From IMG/VR virus record IMGVR_UViG_3300037045_000297, positions 1 to 33,166 of that record: DNA of 33,166 nucleotides; one strand, written 5' to 3'. The notes under the pieces were generated by a model, which was not told the origin of the DNA, searched no databases, and worked only from the letters and a program-made list of their open reading frames with translations. Below are positions 1 through 7,244 of the stretch, one piece after another. Both the position numbers and the translations under genes were made by a program. The DNA is from a virus. Lineage: Duplodnaviria; Caudoviricetes. The first letter of the stretch is position 1; each line of letters starts with the position of its first letter.

Positions 1-116
1 TCTCCCTAAGCACTTTTCTTGTTACTATTTAACTATTTAGTTATGTAGCATCAATATATAGTATGGTTTTTGCAGTCAATACTGCTGTCAAGATATTCCT
101 GATTGTCAAAGCTATA

Positions 117-127
117 GTAACAGCTAT
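117..127 (+). repeat. Left copy of flanking direct repeat (candidate target-site duplication or att core) GTAACAGCTAT
   Basis: Matches GCAACAGCTAT at 33038-33048 at 10/11 positions; the core AACAGCTAT is an exact 9-bp match. Abuts the terminal inverted repeat. Confidence 0.55.
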
Positions 128-151
128 AAAGTATCACCCAATTCTGCAAAT
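128..151 (+). repeat. Left terminal inverted repeat / transposase binding site
   Basis: AAAGTATCACCCAATTCTGCAAAT versus the reverse complement of 33014-33037, AAAGTCTCAAGTAATTCTGCAAAT. Confidence 0.8.
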
Positions 152-161
152 GTGTATCACC

Positions 162-233
162 TGTCACAGTGGTGCTAAGGCTTTAAGGGGTGGCGAGTTA
201 TAGCGGACTGGTTTTAGACTGTGTCACAGTGGT
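162..233 (-). repeat. Two left-end copies of the ACCACTGTGACA motif (TGTCACAGTGGT at 162-173 and 222-233)
   Basis: Exact 12-bp repeats 60 bp apart; same core as the array at 1352-1539. Confidence 0.85.
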
Positions 234-304
234 TTTTAGACTGTTCTGGACGTTTGGGGATCAGGGTTACTGCAAATATGCGCTGGTTTTGGACTGGTTT
301 TGGA
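208..304 (+). repeat. Short degenerate repeats CTGGTTTT(A/G)GA
   Basis: Copies at 208-218, 283-293 and 294-304, with degenerate copies at about 230-240 and 241-250. Confidence 0.7.
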
Positions 305-316
305 AACATCGATTTT

Positions 317-1063
317 TTACAGAAGGGCATCAGATTTATAGACCCGCAACTGAAGCGCAACGGGGCCGATCATGGAAAGCCACTGAGTCTGATCTGCGTC
401 TATAAACTCGATTCTAAAGTCTTTATTGAGGGGTTGGAGGGCAACTCCCTTGCGGGCGACATCATACTGGATCCTTTTCAGAGTAATGCCTGACTCATAT
501 CTGACCGCGCAGATTTTACCATCCAGATCATCCCAGGTGATTTGCTTTTTGATCAGGACGATATCGTCATGCAGGATCTCCGACTCCATACTTCTGCCGT
601 TCACTCTGAAGGCAGCGTATCTGTCCGTGCCGAGTGGTATGTACCGGGTGGGAACTTCGACCGAATCCGCCGGTTCATGCCCTTCAGTCACTTCGATGGG
701 GGTTCCGGCGGAAATTTCCGCCAGGATCGGGAAGATGGCAGTGCGGATGTAAGTCCTATCAAAATCATTGACTAAGGTCGGTTTGCCATCGATGATCTGC
801 ACCCGCTTGGAGGTTTTGACATCGGGTGCCATCTCCCAGGGAGCCTGGATGAACATACTGCCTTCACCTCTTAATAACCAGTTAACATTGATGCCATTTT
901 CCACCAGTTTCGCCAGAAATTCCGACTCCGGATAACGCTCATTGTTCTTATAACGAGCCATTGAATTGGTGGAAATTCCGAATTTCTCATTAAACTGGTA
1001 TTGCTTCAGATTCAATGCTTTAACCAGCAATCCGAGCCTTGTGCCGATATCCTCAGCCTTCAT
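317..1063 (-). CDS. Phage repressor, XRE-HTH plus S24 (LexA/CI-type) autopeptidase
   Basis: N-terminal HTH (LKQYQFNEKFGISTNSMARY...NVNWLLRGEG), Ala-Gly cleavage site (EISAGTP), catalytic Ser (NGRSM) and Lys (ITLKRI). Divergent from the early operon, with a GGAG RBS. Confidence 0.9.
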   Translation of the reverse strand: MKAEDIGTRLGLLVKALNLKQYQFNEKFGISTNSMARYKNNERYPESEFLAKLVENGINVNWLLRGEGSMFIQAPWEMAPDVKTSKRVQIIDGKPTLVNDFDRTYIRTAIFPILAEISAGTPIEVTEGHEPADSVEVPTRYIPLGTDRYAAFRVNGRSMESEILHDDIVLIKKQITWDDLDGKICAVRYESGITLKRIQYDVARKGVALQPLNKDFRIEFIDADQTQWLSMIGPVALQLRVYKSDALL

Positions 1064-1069
1064 ATCTCC

Positions 1070-1148
1070 CCCTTAGGGACAATATTTTGCTTGACCATTC
1101 CCCTTATGGGTATCATTATGCATCTGTGAACAACATAGATTCCCTAAG
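1070..1148. promoter_or_regulatory. Candidate repressor operators (CCCTTAGGG-like)
   Basis: CCCTTAGGG 1070-1078, CCCTTATGGG 1101-1110 (inside the early-promoter spacer), CCCTAAG 1142-1148 (inside the repressor-promoter spacer). Confidence 0.4.
1091..1119 (+). promoter_or_regulatory. Putative early (lytic) promoter
   Basis: TTGACC-N17-CATTAT upstream of the early operon. Confidence 0.55.
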
Positions 1149-1160
1149 TTGTGATGTCAA
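1132..1160 (-). promoter_or_regulatory. Putative repressor promoter
   Basis: Minus strand TTGACA-N17-TATGTT pointing at the repressor gene. Confidence 0.7.
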
Positions 1161-1306
1161 GAACTAAATAAATAGTGTGCATTGGCGGCGGATTTTTCCG
1201 GCGGTCTCAGAAGTTTTTCAGAAGTTCCGGTATTCGGGAGAAAGAACTTCCCAAGTTATTGCAGGTCAGTTAAGTAGAGACCAACAATAAACTGCGGGAG
1301 GCGCTT

Positions 1307-1918
1307 ATGAAAGCGACTACTTACGAGCCTGGGGAGAGGGTGGTCAAGGACGACCACTGTGACAGGCAGACCACTGTGACAAGTGTCACAGTGCTTTTCA
1401 ATCGGGAAAAATCTCCGTCAAAGCTGATTACCAGATGGGTTGACCACTGTGACAGCAACCAGGGCAGGAAATTTGTCACAGTGCTACCTGATTTACCGAC
1501 CACTGTGACACATCGGAAGAGCGGAGCTGTCACAGTGCTTTTACCGGTAACAGAATTTTATATGCAGAGGCTGAGGATGAGCAAAGGCAAGATAAAGGCG
1601 ATCTGGCTGACCGTGGAGCGGGTGGCGGAACTGTTGGGCTGTTCCACCAGGACAGTATGGCGCTATGTGAAGCGTAACCGGGTGATGGTCTATAAGCACC
1701 AGATCACCCAAGGCAGGGCTAGGGTAATGAAAGCCTTCCTGCTGACTGAGCCGGAGATCTTTATCAAAGAGATGGCAGATTGTGAGAGCAGAGAGCTATT
1801 GCCTGCCGAGTTCCTGGAAATCGGGATCGAGGTGGATGGGGTTAAACTAAACAGCGCTCTAATTTATAAGTACAGGAACATTAATAGTGAAAATGGAAGT
1901 TATTATGCAGCCCTATGA
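1307..1918 (+). CDS. Early HTH DNA-binding protein (Ner-position; resembles HTH_17 / MuA I-alpha type) with a repeat-derived N-terminus
   Basis: WLTVERVAELLGCSTRTVWRYVKR HTH; GGAGG RBS 5 nt before ATG 1307. Downstream in-frame ATGs near 1562-1577 are alternative starts. Confidence 0.75.
   Translation: MKATTYEPGERVVKDDHCDRQTTVTSVTVLFNREKSPSKLITRWVDHCDSNQGRKFVTVLPDLPTTVTHRKSGAVTVLLPVTEFYMQRLRMSKGKIKAIWLTVERVAELLGCSTRTVWRYVKRNRVMVYKHQITQGRARVMKAFLLTEPEIFIKEMADCESRELLPAEFLEIGIEVDGVKLNSALIYKYRNINSENGSYYAAL
1352..1539. repeat. Array of seven CACTGTGACA-core sites (candidate operator / transposition enhancer)
   Basis: GACCACTGTGACA at 1352, 1369, 1442, 1498; inverted TGTCACAGTGCT at 1384, 1474, 1528. 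Confidence 0.9.
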
Positions 1919-3986
1919 TTTTACGATTGATGAGTACACCGAGTTCTATAACGCCACCTTTCCCGATCGGGTAAAAGTGCCTGGTATTGTGAAGTCAATC
2001 CTGAATAAAAGCAACAAACCTGAGCAATCAGCGGTGATACCTAGACATAAGGCAGAGAAACCGGAATCAAAATATACAGCATCACCAGAAACTGAGCAAA
2101 AGTCTGACTTTGGTGTTGAGTACCAGCAACCCTTACCGGATAAAGGCATCTTGTCGGCTGACTTCATCGATCTCGACCCCCGGGAAGCCTTACCAATCCA
2201 GTTTGACCGGGAAGCCAGGCTGTTAGGTAACTTCTGCACCCTGGTGCTTAGAAGGCTGGAGAACTGCGAGTCCAAGGTGGAGGAGTGGAAGCAAGTCACC
2301 CAGGATTACAATACAGGTGCACTGGTACCGGAACTCTACCAACTCAGAGGCAACCGCTGTGAGCGTGCTCTACGTTCCTGGATTGACCAGTACCGGCAAT
2401 CCAACCGGGACATGTATGCTCTGCTGCATGGCAATAAGAACCTTAACCGCAAACGCAAGGTCAGTGAGATCGAAGCCAAGATCCTCTTGAGTATATTGCT
2501 GCATCCTAATCGGGTAACCATCGGCTCAGCCATCACCTTGCTCAAATCTCAAGCCAGACTGGGACGTTATGAGTCGCCTACCAGCAAACCCACGCTGAGG
2601 CGTTGGTGTGAGGAGTGGAAGAGCGATAACCTGGCGATCTGGGAGCAGACCAGACGGGGTAGCAAGTACGTGGCTGAGCACATCATCAAGACCATCCACC
2701 GTGACAGCAGACTGCTGAGAGTGGGTCAGGTCTGGGTGGCGGATGGTCATACCCTGGCTTTTGATATCCTTAACCCCAAGACCGGCAAAGCGCAGCGTAT
2801 GACTTTGATCATGGTCTTTGACTGGGCAAGCCGCTATCCGGTGGGAGCCTCACTTGCCTTTACCGAGGATAGCCAGCATATCCAGACTGCTTTCCGTAAC
2901 GGCTTCCTGAACTGGGGAGCTTTGCCGGACTGTGTTTATCTCGATAACGGCAAGGCGTTTAAGTCCAAACTCTTTCATGAGCAGTGGGAGGAGCATGATC
3001 TGGAGCGGGAGTTGGGAGGGATCTTCCCCAAGTTAGGAATAGAAGCTCATTTCGCTGAAAGCTATAATGCCAAAGCCAAAGTGATCGAGCGGTTCTTTAA
3101 AACCTTCCAGGAGCAGTTTGAACGCTTTATCTCCTCCTTTAGAGGTTCTAATATAGCCGATAAACCTGCCACCCTGATGCGGAATGAGCGGTGGGTTAAG
3201 AAGCTGTTCGAGTCGGTACCTCCTACTATAGAGGAGACCATGGGGATGATCGGCTTCTATATCCGGCACATCTATGGCGAAAATGAGCATGGCGGTCTTA
3301 GCAACCGCAAGCCCTGGGAGGTGTTCAGCTCAGCTCCCCTGCCTCCGGACAGGCTGGTTATACCCGGTAAGCTGAACTTCCTGATGCTGAGCGCTGAGCG
3401 TAAGGCAGTGCGCAGTGAGGGAATCAGCTTCAATAAACTCCAATACTGGCATCCTGCCTTAATCGACTATATGGGCAAGCCGGTGGTCTTCCGATACGAT
3501 TATGGAGATGCACGCTGGATCATGGTCTATGACACCAAGGGCAGCTTCATTTGCCAGGCAGAGCTGAGAAGGCTGCAGCATCCGTTCATCCACTTAGATA
3601 AGGATAACCCGGTCTCGCATAAAGAACTGAAACAGGAATACAACCAGGTCAAGAAACTGCAGAGGCTGACTGAACAACGCTCCAAGCTGTTCGTTAAACG
3701 CAATCAGGAGTCGGTGGATAACCTGCTCAAGCCCTATCTGGAGATCACCCCGGAGGCGAATCCCACTTTTATCCAACCACCTATGATCACCGCGCCCAAA
3801 CCCGGAGCGGAGGAAGAGCTCGCCCGGCTGGAGCAGTTGGTGGTCGGGCAGATGCAGGAGGATCAGGCAGATCTTTCATCCTTAGAGACACCCACCCCGG
3901 ATACGGTAGACCTAAGTAATGACCAACCCGATCCTTTCACTGATGCCAGCTTCGCTGAGATGCTGAAAACCATCGGAATCAAATAA
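1887..3986 (+). CDS. MuA-like DDE transposase
   Basis: DDE triad contexts WVADGHT, YLDNGKAF, KVIERFF; two HTH-like segments upstream; Mu-transposase C-terminal motif VVFRYDYGDARWIMVYD..GSFICQA. Start may be 1893 or 1905. Confidence 0.95.
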   Translation: MKMEVIMQPYDFTIDEYTEFYNATFPDRVKVPGIVKSILNKSNKPEQSAVIPRHKAEKPESKYTASPETEQKSDFGVEYQQPLPDKGILSADFIDLDPREALPIQFDREARLLGNFCTLVLRRLENCESKVEEWKQVTQDYNTGALVPELYQLRGNRCERALRSWIDQYRQSNRDMYALLHGNKNLNRKRKVSEIEAKILLSILLHPNRVTIGSAITLLKSQARLGRYESPTSKPTLRRWCEEWKSDNLAIWEQTRRGSKYVAEHIIKTIHRDSRLLRVGQVWVADGHTLAFDILNPKTGKAQRMTLIMVFDWASRYPVGASLAFTEDSQHIQTAFRNGFLNWGALPDCVYLDNGKAFKSKLFHEQWEEHDLERELGGIFPKLGIEAHFAESYNAKAKVIERFFKTFQEQFERFISSFRGSNIADKPATLMRNERWVKKLFESVPPTIEETMGMIGFYIRHIYGENEHGGLSNRKPWEVFSSAPLPPDRLVIPGKLNFLMLSAERKAVRSEGISFNKLQYWHPALIDYMGKPVVFRYDYGDARWIMVYDTKGSFICQAELRRLQHPFIHLDKDNPVSHKELKQEYNQVKKLQRLTEQRSKLFVKRNQESVDNLLKPYLEITPEANPTFIQPPMITAPKPGAEEELARLEQLVVGQMQEDQADLSSLETPTPDTVDLSNDQPDPFTDASFAEMLKTIGIK

Positions 3987-3996
3987 AGGAGTTAAT

Positions 3997-4713
3997 ATGA
4001 AACAAGGCAAACTTGTGCCGATCACCAATGTCAGGAAAGCCGATGCCTGCATCGACTTCCTGCTTAAACGTCCCCGTCTGGAAATGGTAGGGCTGGGCAT
4101 GCTTTACGGCAGACCCGGACTCGGCAAGACCACCTATGCCCAGCGGGTTGCCTATAGCAGAGGCTATGTCTATCTGCGGCTGGAGTCCACCACCACCCCC
4201 AAGACCTTCGCCCGGGACCTGCTGCAAAGCCTGTACATCAGTTATGGCAAGGGAGACTACCTGCCGGCAGGAACGACCAATGCACTCTACAAGCAGTGCA
4301 TCCAACTGCTCTATGACCATGAGGACACAATCATCATGATCGATGAGATAGACTATGCCTTCCGCTACCCCCAATTACTAGGGGCTGTGCGGGACTTGGT
4401 GGATGAGACTCTGGCTGTGGTCATCCTGGTCGGAATGCAGAATGCCAAGGACAGGTTGAACCAGATCAATGAGTACTACTTCGACCGCTGCAATTACTTC
4501 TATGAGTTCCAGAGTGTCAGCAAAGCCGATATCAAACTGATCACCCAAGAGGTGATGAGCATCGAATGCACGGATACCCTGGTCAACTACATCCATCACA
4601 ATGCTGCAGGTAACCTGCGCAAAGCCATGAAACTGATGCATATGCTGGAGAGCAGATACCAGCTTAATCCCATCCAGGCTATGAACGATGTCACGGCTCA
4701 GGGGGCGCTATGA
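3997..4713 (+). CDS. MuB-like AAA+ transposition ATPase
   Basis: Walker A GRPGLGKT, Walker B IIMIDEID, GNLR sensor; directly after the transposase, with an AGGAG RBS. Confidence 0.93.
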   Translation: MKQGKLVPITNVRKADACIDFLLKRPRLEMVGLGMLYGRPGLGKTTYAQRVAYSRGYVYLRLESTTTPKTFARDLLQSLYISYGKGDYLPAGTTNALYKQCIQLLYDHEDTIIMIDEIDYAFRYPQLLGAVRDLVDETLAVVILVGMQNAKDRLNQINEYYFDRCNYFYEFQSVSKADIKLITQEVMSIECTDTLVNYIHHNAAGNLRKAMKLMHMLESRYQLNPIQAMNDVTAQGAL

Positions 4714-5324
4714 CCGAGCGAGACTTAATCCTGCGCTTTGTCACCAACTTCAAGTCGTTCTACAGCCTTGATCTGGTGGTGGAGTGCACCGGTCTGGACC
4801 CTGAAGTGGTCAAATCCTACTTCAAGTCGCTGGTGATGTGTGATGTGATCCGCAGAATATCCAAGCATGAGCAGATCTACGTCACGCAGAGAAGTGCCAA
4901 TACTCTGAAGATCTGCACCATTCACAGCCGGAACTGGGTGTATAACTTGAAGGACTGCCAGGATATAGCTGCCCTGCTCAAGTGCACCCGGGTCAAAACG
5001 ATCAGGGAGATCGCCCGCCTGCTGAACCGCAGCCGCCAGTGGGTGTATATGTATCTGGAGGCTTTGATCTCAGTGGAGGTGATTGGAATCAATGAGTCCG
5101 GCTATTATACCAAGAACTTCGCTAATATCTATCAGGTAGGCTCCGTGATCAAGAAGGGTATCATCAATGAACTGAGAGTTGCCTGCGGCATCAAACCGGA
5201 CAGAAAATCCATCCCCAAGCCCAAATCCAAAGTTAAGGTAAAAGCTAAAGCCAAATCCCGAACCAAGCAAACAGTATCCAAGCAGCGGTCACTCAGGCGG
5301 ACTGAGCAGACTGCTGGCATCTGA
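4710..5324 (+). CDS. Tandem winged-HTH DNA-binding protein with Lys-rich tail
   Basis: Two wHTH-like segments (LDLVVECTGLDPEVVKSYFKSL; TIREIARLLNRSRQWVYMYLEAL) and a PKPKSKVKVKAKAK tail; ATGA overlap with the ATPase stop. Confidence 0.65.
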   Translation: MTERDLILRFVTNFKSFYSLDLVVECTGLDPEVVKSYFKSLVMCDVIRRISKHEQIYVTQRSANTLKICTIHSRNWVYNLKDCQDIAALLKCTRVKTIREIARLLNRSRQWVYMYLEALISVEVIGINESGYYTKNFANIYQVGSVIKKGIINELRVACGIKPDRKSIPKPKSKVKVKAKAKSRTKQTVSKQRSLRRTEQTAGI

Positions 5325-5349
5325 TTAAACAGTAGGCAAGAGGCATTCT

Positions 5350-5844
5350 ATGACACAGGAACTACGGGAACGCAAACTACGTCAGGACATCCATGCCCTG
5401 AGGGTCAAGAAGTTCCACTGGCAATTGGACGGCTTCAGGTTCATCCTCCAGGGTCTGGGTTACGGTGACTCGCTGAGGGCTTTATCTGAAGTCAAGCTAA
5501 CCGAACTCAAAACCCTCCTGCTAACCTACCGCAAGCATGGTCGTCCCCAGTCCTTCACCTTTGATAAGCAGGGCAGGTTCATGTTCGCTCTGATGAAACA
5601 GGCTGGCTGGACTGACTCGGAGCTCAGAGCATTCATGATCAAGCACTTCCACAAAAGCCACTGGAATCTGCTGGCTATTCCGGAGCGTAGAGCGGTAATC
5701 GCTATGCTGCAGAACTATATCCATAAAGCCGGGTACCCTGCTGCTAATAATGAAAATCAAAGCTCAAATGAACATACAAGCACAACTATAAATAAACCAC
5801 ACAAGGAGAACACTAATGGAACAGACAGCCAAGCCCAAGACTAA
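5350..5844 (+). CDS. GemA / Mu gp16-like (DUF1018) protein
   Basis: IHALRVKKF..GFRFILQG..SLRALSEVKLTELK and LRAFMIKHFHKSHWNLL..RRAVIAML patterns; typical Mu early-region position. Confidence 0.75.
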   Translation: MTQELRERKLRQDIHALRVKKFHWQLDGFRFILQGLGYGDSLRALSEVKLTELKTLLLTYRKHGRPQSFTFDKQGRFMFALMKQAGWTDSELRAFMIKHFHKSHWNLLAIPERRAVIAMLQNYIHKAGYPAANNENQSSNEHTSTTINKPHKENTNGTDSQAQD

Positions 5845-6439
5845 GAAGACCACCGACCGTACCAGAACGGATGCCAATGGACAGAGCATCCCCATCTCGG
5901 TCATCAAACCTGAACTACTGCAGCAGGACACTGTCGTTAGCAAAACCATCGACCGGGTCAAGAAACTGCATGACCGTATCGTCTCCGACAAAGCCAAGCT
6001 CTTCGAGGAAGTGGAACTCTATCTGCAATCCGTAGCCGAGAAGAACGGACTCTCCTGGAAAGGCAATGCCCTGCTCAACAGCTTTGACGGCAAGTACCGG
6101 GTGGAGATCAGGTTCAAGGAGCACATCCAATTCGGTCTGGAGTTACAACTGGCTAAGCAGAAGATCGATGAATGCCTCAAAGCCTGGACTTCCGACTCCA
6201 ACGTCAACCTCAGAGCCATCATCAGTGAAGCCTTCCAAGTCGATAAGAAAGGCGAAATTGCCAAGTACCGTATCCTCAGATTACGTAGATACAACATCAA
6301 AGACCCGGTCTGGAAGGAAGCGATGGAACTGATCGATGCCGCTATCCAGGTCGTCTCCACCAAGCAGTATATCACCTTCTATGAGAAAGACGGCTCCGGT
6401 CAAGCCCACCAGATTGTGCTCAATTTCACAGCTCTGTAG
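5816..6439 (+). CDS. DUF3164 family protein of Mu-like phages
   Basis: KGNALLNSFDGKYRV, LQLAKQKIDECL, AFQVDKKG, WKEAMELI motifs. Confidence 0.85.
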   Translation: MEQTAKPKTKKTTDRTRTDANGQSIPISVIKPELLQQDTVVSKTIDRVKKLHDRIVSDKAKLFEEVELYLQSVAEKNGLSWKGNALLNSFDGKYRVEIRFKEHIQFGLELQLAKQKIDECLKAWTSDSNVNLRAIISEAFQVDKKGEIAKYRILRLRRYNIKDPVWKEAMELIDAAIQVVSTKQYITFYEKDGSGQAHQIVLNFTAL

Positions 6440-6497
6440 ATGGAAACTGTGGTATCGTTATGCATCAGGATTTGAACAAAGCACAGGAGAGTGAACT

Positions 6498-6749
6498 ATG
6501 ACACCTTATAACACCAATACCGCAGAGGAGATACAGATCATGAACGTATTCAAGGCTGAGCGCAACTACCGCCCCGATGAGATAGCCGCTGCTCTGCGGG
6601 TTGACCGCTCCAGCGTATACCGCTGGATCAGGGATATCCTTGACCCTCTGCCGGCTTTCCGCACCAAGGAAGGCGGACAACTGCGCTGTACAGGCAGCGA
6701 TCTGAACGCCTACCTGCTCAAGCACAAGGTCCGTCCTGAGTATGAGTAA
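6498..6749 (+). CDS. Small HTH (excisionase/HTH_17-like) protein, candidate late regulator
   Basis: YRPDEIAAALRVDRSSVYRWI..LPAFR; AGGAG RBS. Confidence 0.75.
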   Translation: MTPYNTNTAEEIQIMNVFKAERNYRPDEIAAALRVDRSSVYRWIRDILDPLPAFRTKEGGQLRCTGSDLNAYLLKHKVRPEYE

Positions 6750-7191
6750 TAACATCGGGTTCCGCATTAAGCGGGATAATTGCAAAGTCACCTATTTGAA
6801 CGGAAAGACGGACACAGCCGAACTGGCAATAATTTATGGAGTGTCCGAGATCACCGTTCGCAAGTGGATCAAGTCGGGTAATTGGGATAGCCTGTTCAAA
6901 GAAGAGCGCAAGCTCGATGCCGAGATCAGGACGGCTCGCAAGAGAGCCCTGATCCAAGCCCTGAGGGAGTATGCCAAGAACCCGGCTGATACCGCTCTGC
7001 AGTCTTTAGTCTCTCTGATTAAGCAGAACCAGAAGGATGACGAACCTGCCAAGGAACTCAATGACTATATCGTAAAGTTTTTAGATCAAACCACTGACTT
7101 CATGGTCGAGAAAGGCTATGAGACCTTACTTAAGCAGTTCCAGGCTATCGTCCTAGATCTGGCTGATTATCTACGTATTCGTAACGGATAA
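6742..7191 (+). CDS. Terminase small subunit (N-terminal HTH)
   Basis: ELAIIYGVSEITVRKWIKSGNWD followed by helical region; directly upstream of TerL. Confidence 0.75.
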   Translation: MSNNIGFRIKRDNCKVTYLNGKTDTAELAIIYGVSEITVRKWIKSGNWDSLFKEERKLDAEIRTARKRALIQALREYAKNPADTALQSLVSLIKQNQKDDEPAKELNDYIVKFLDQTTDFMVEKGYETLLKQFQAIVLDLADYLRIRNG

Positions 7192-7244
7192 TATTATGAC
7201 AGCCCTCCGATACCCCCTGACCCCAAGTCCTCCTATCCCCAGTT

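Noticed and set aside
39-51. AGTTATGTAGCAT resembles AGCTATGTCGCAT at 33043-33055, and TGTAGCA resembles the right-end TGTTGCA
   Set aside because: No adjacent end-type binding site and no matching duplication; kept only as an alternative left end to test.
85-97. 13-bp identity CTGTCAAGATATT with 18999-19011
   Set aside because: Best explained as shared -35 promoter context, not a recombination junction.
86-109. TGTCAA (86, 104) and TTGACA (33094-33099) as TG...CA termini
   Set aside because: Flanking 5-mers do not match, and the hexamer is the common -35 box also found upstream of several internal genes.
165-171. CACAGTG equals the V(D)J RSS heptamer / Transib end motif
   Set aside because: No nonamer at 12/23 spacing was seen and the transposase is Mu-type, not RAG/Transib; a 7-bp coincidence.
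190-775. Plus-strand ORFs 190-405, 221-493, 426-752, 542-775
   Set aside because: They overlap end repeats or lie antisense to the repressor; no RBS or recognisable motifs.
1375-1390. Perfect CRP-type site TGTGA-N6-TCACA
   Set aside because: It arises from one inverted pair of the array; the other pairs have different gaps, so it is probably incidental, though host-factor binding is not excluded.
1352-1539. CRISPR-like mini-array or shufflon
   Set aside because: Repeats are only 12-13 bp, alternate in orientation and have irregular spacers; no cas or invertase gene is present.
1887-1918. Programmed frameshift fusing the HTH gene to the transposase
   Set aside because: Would need +1 and no credible slippery or shifty-stop context was seen.
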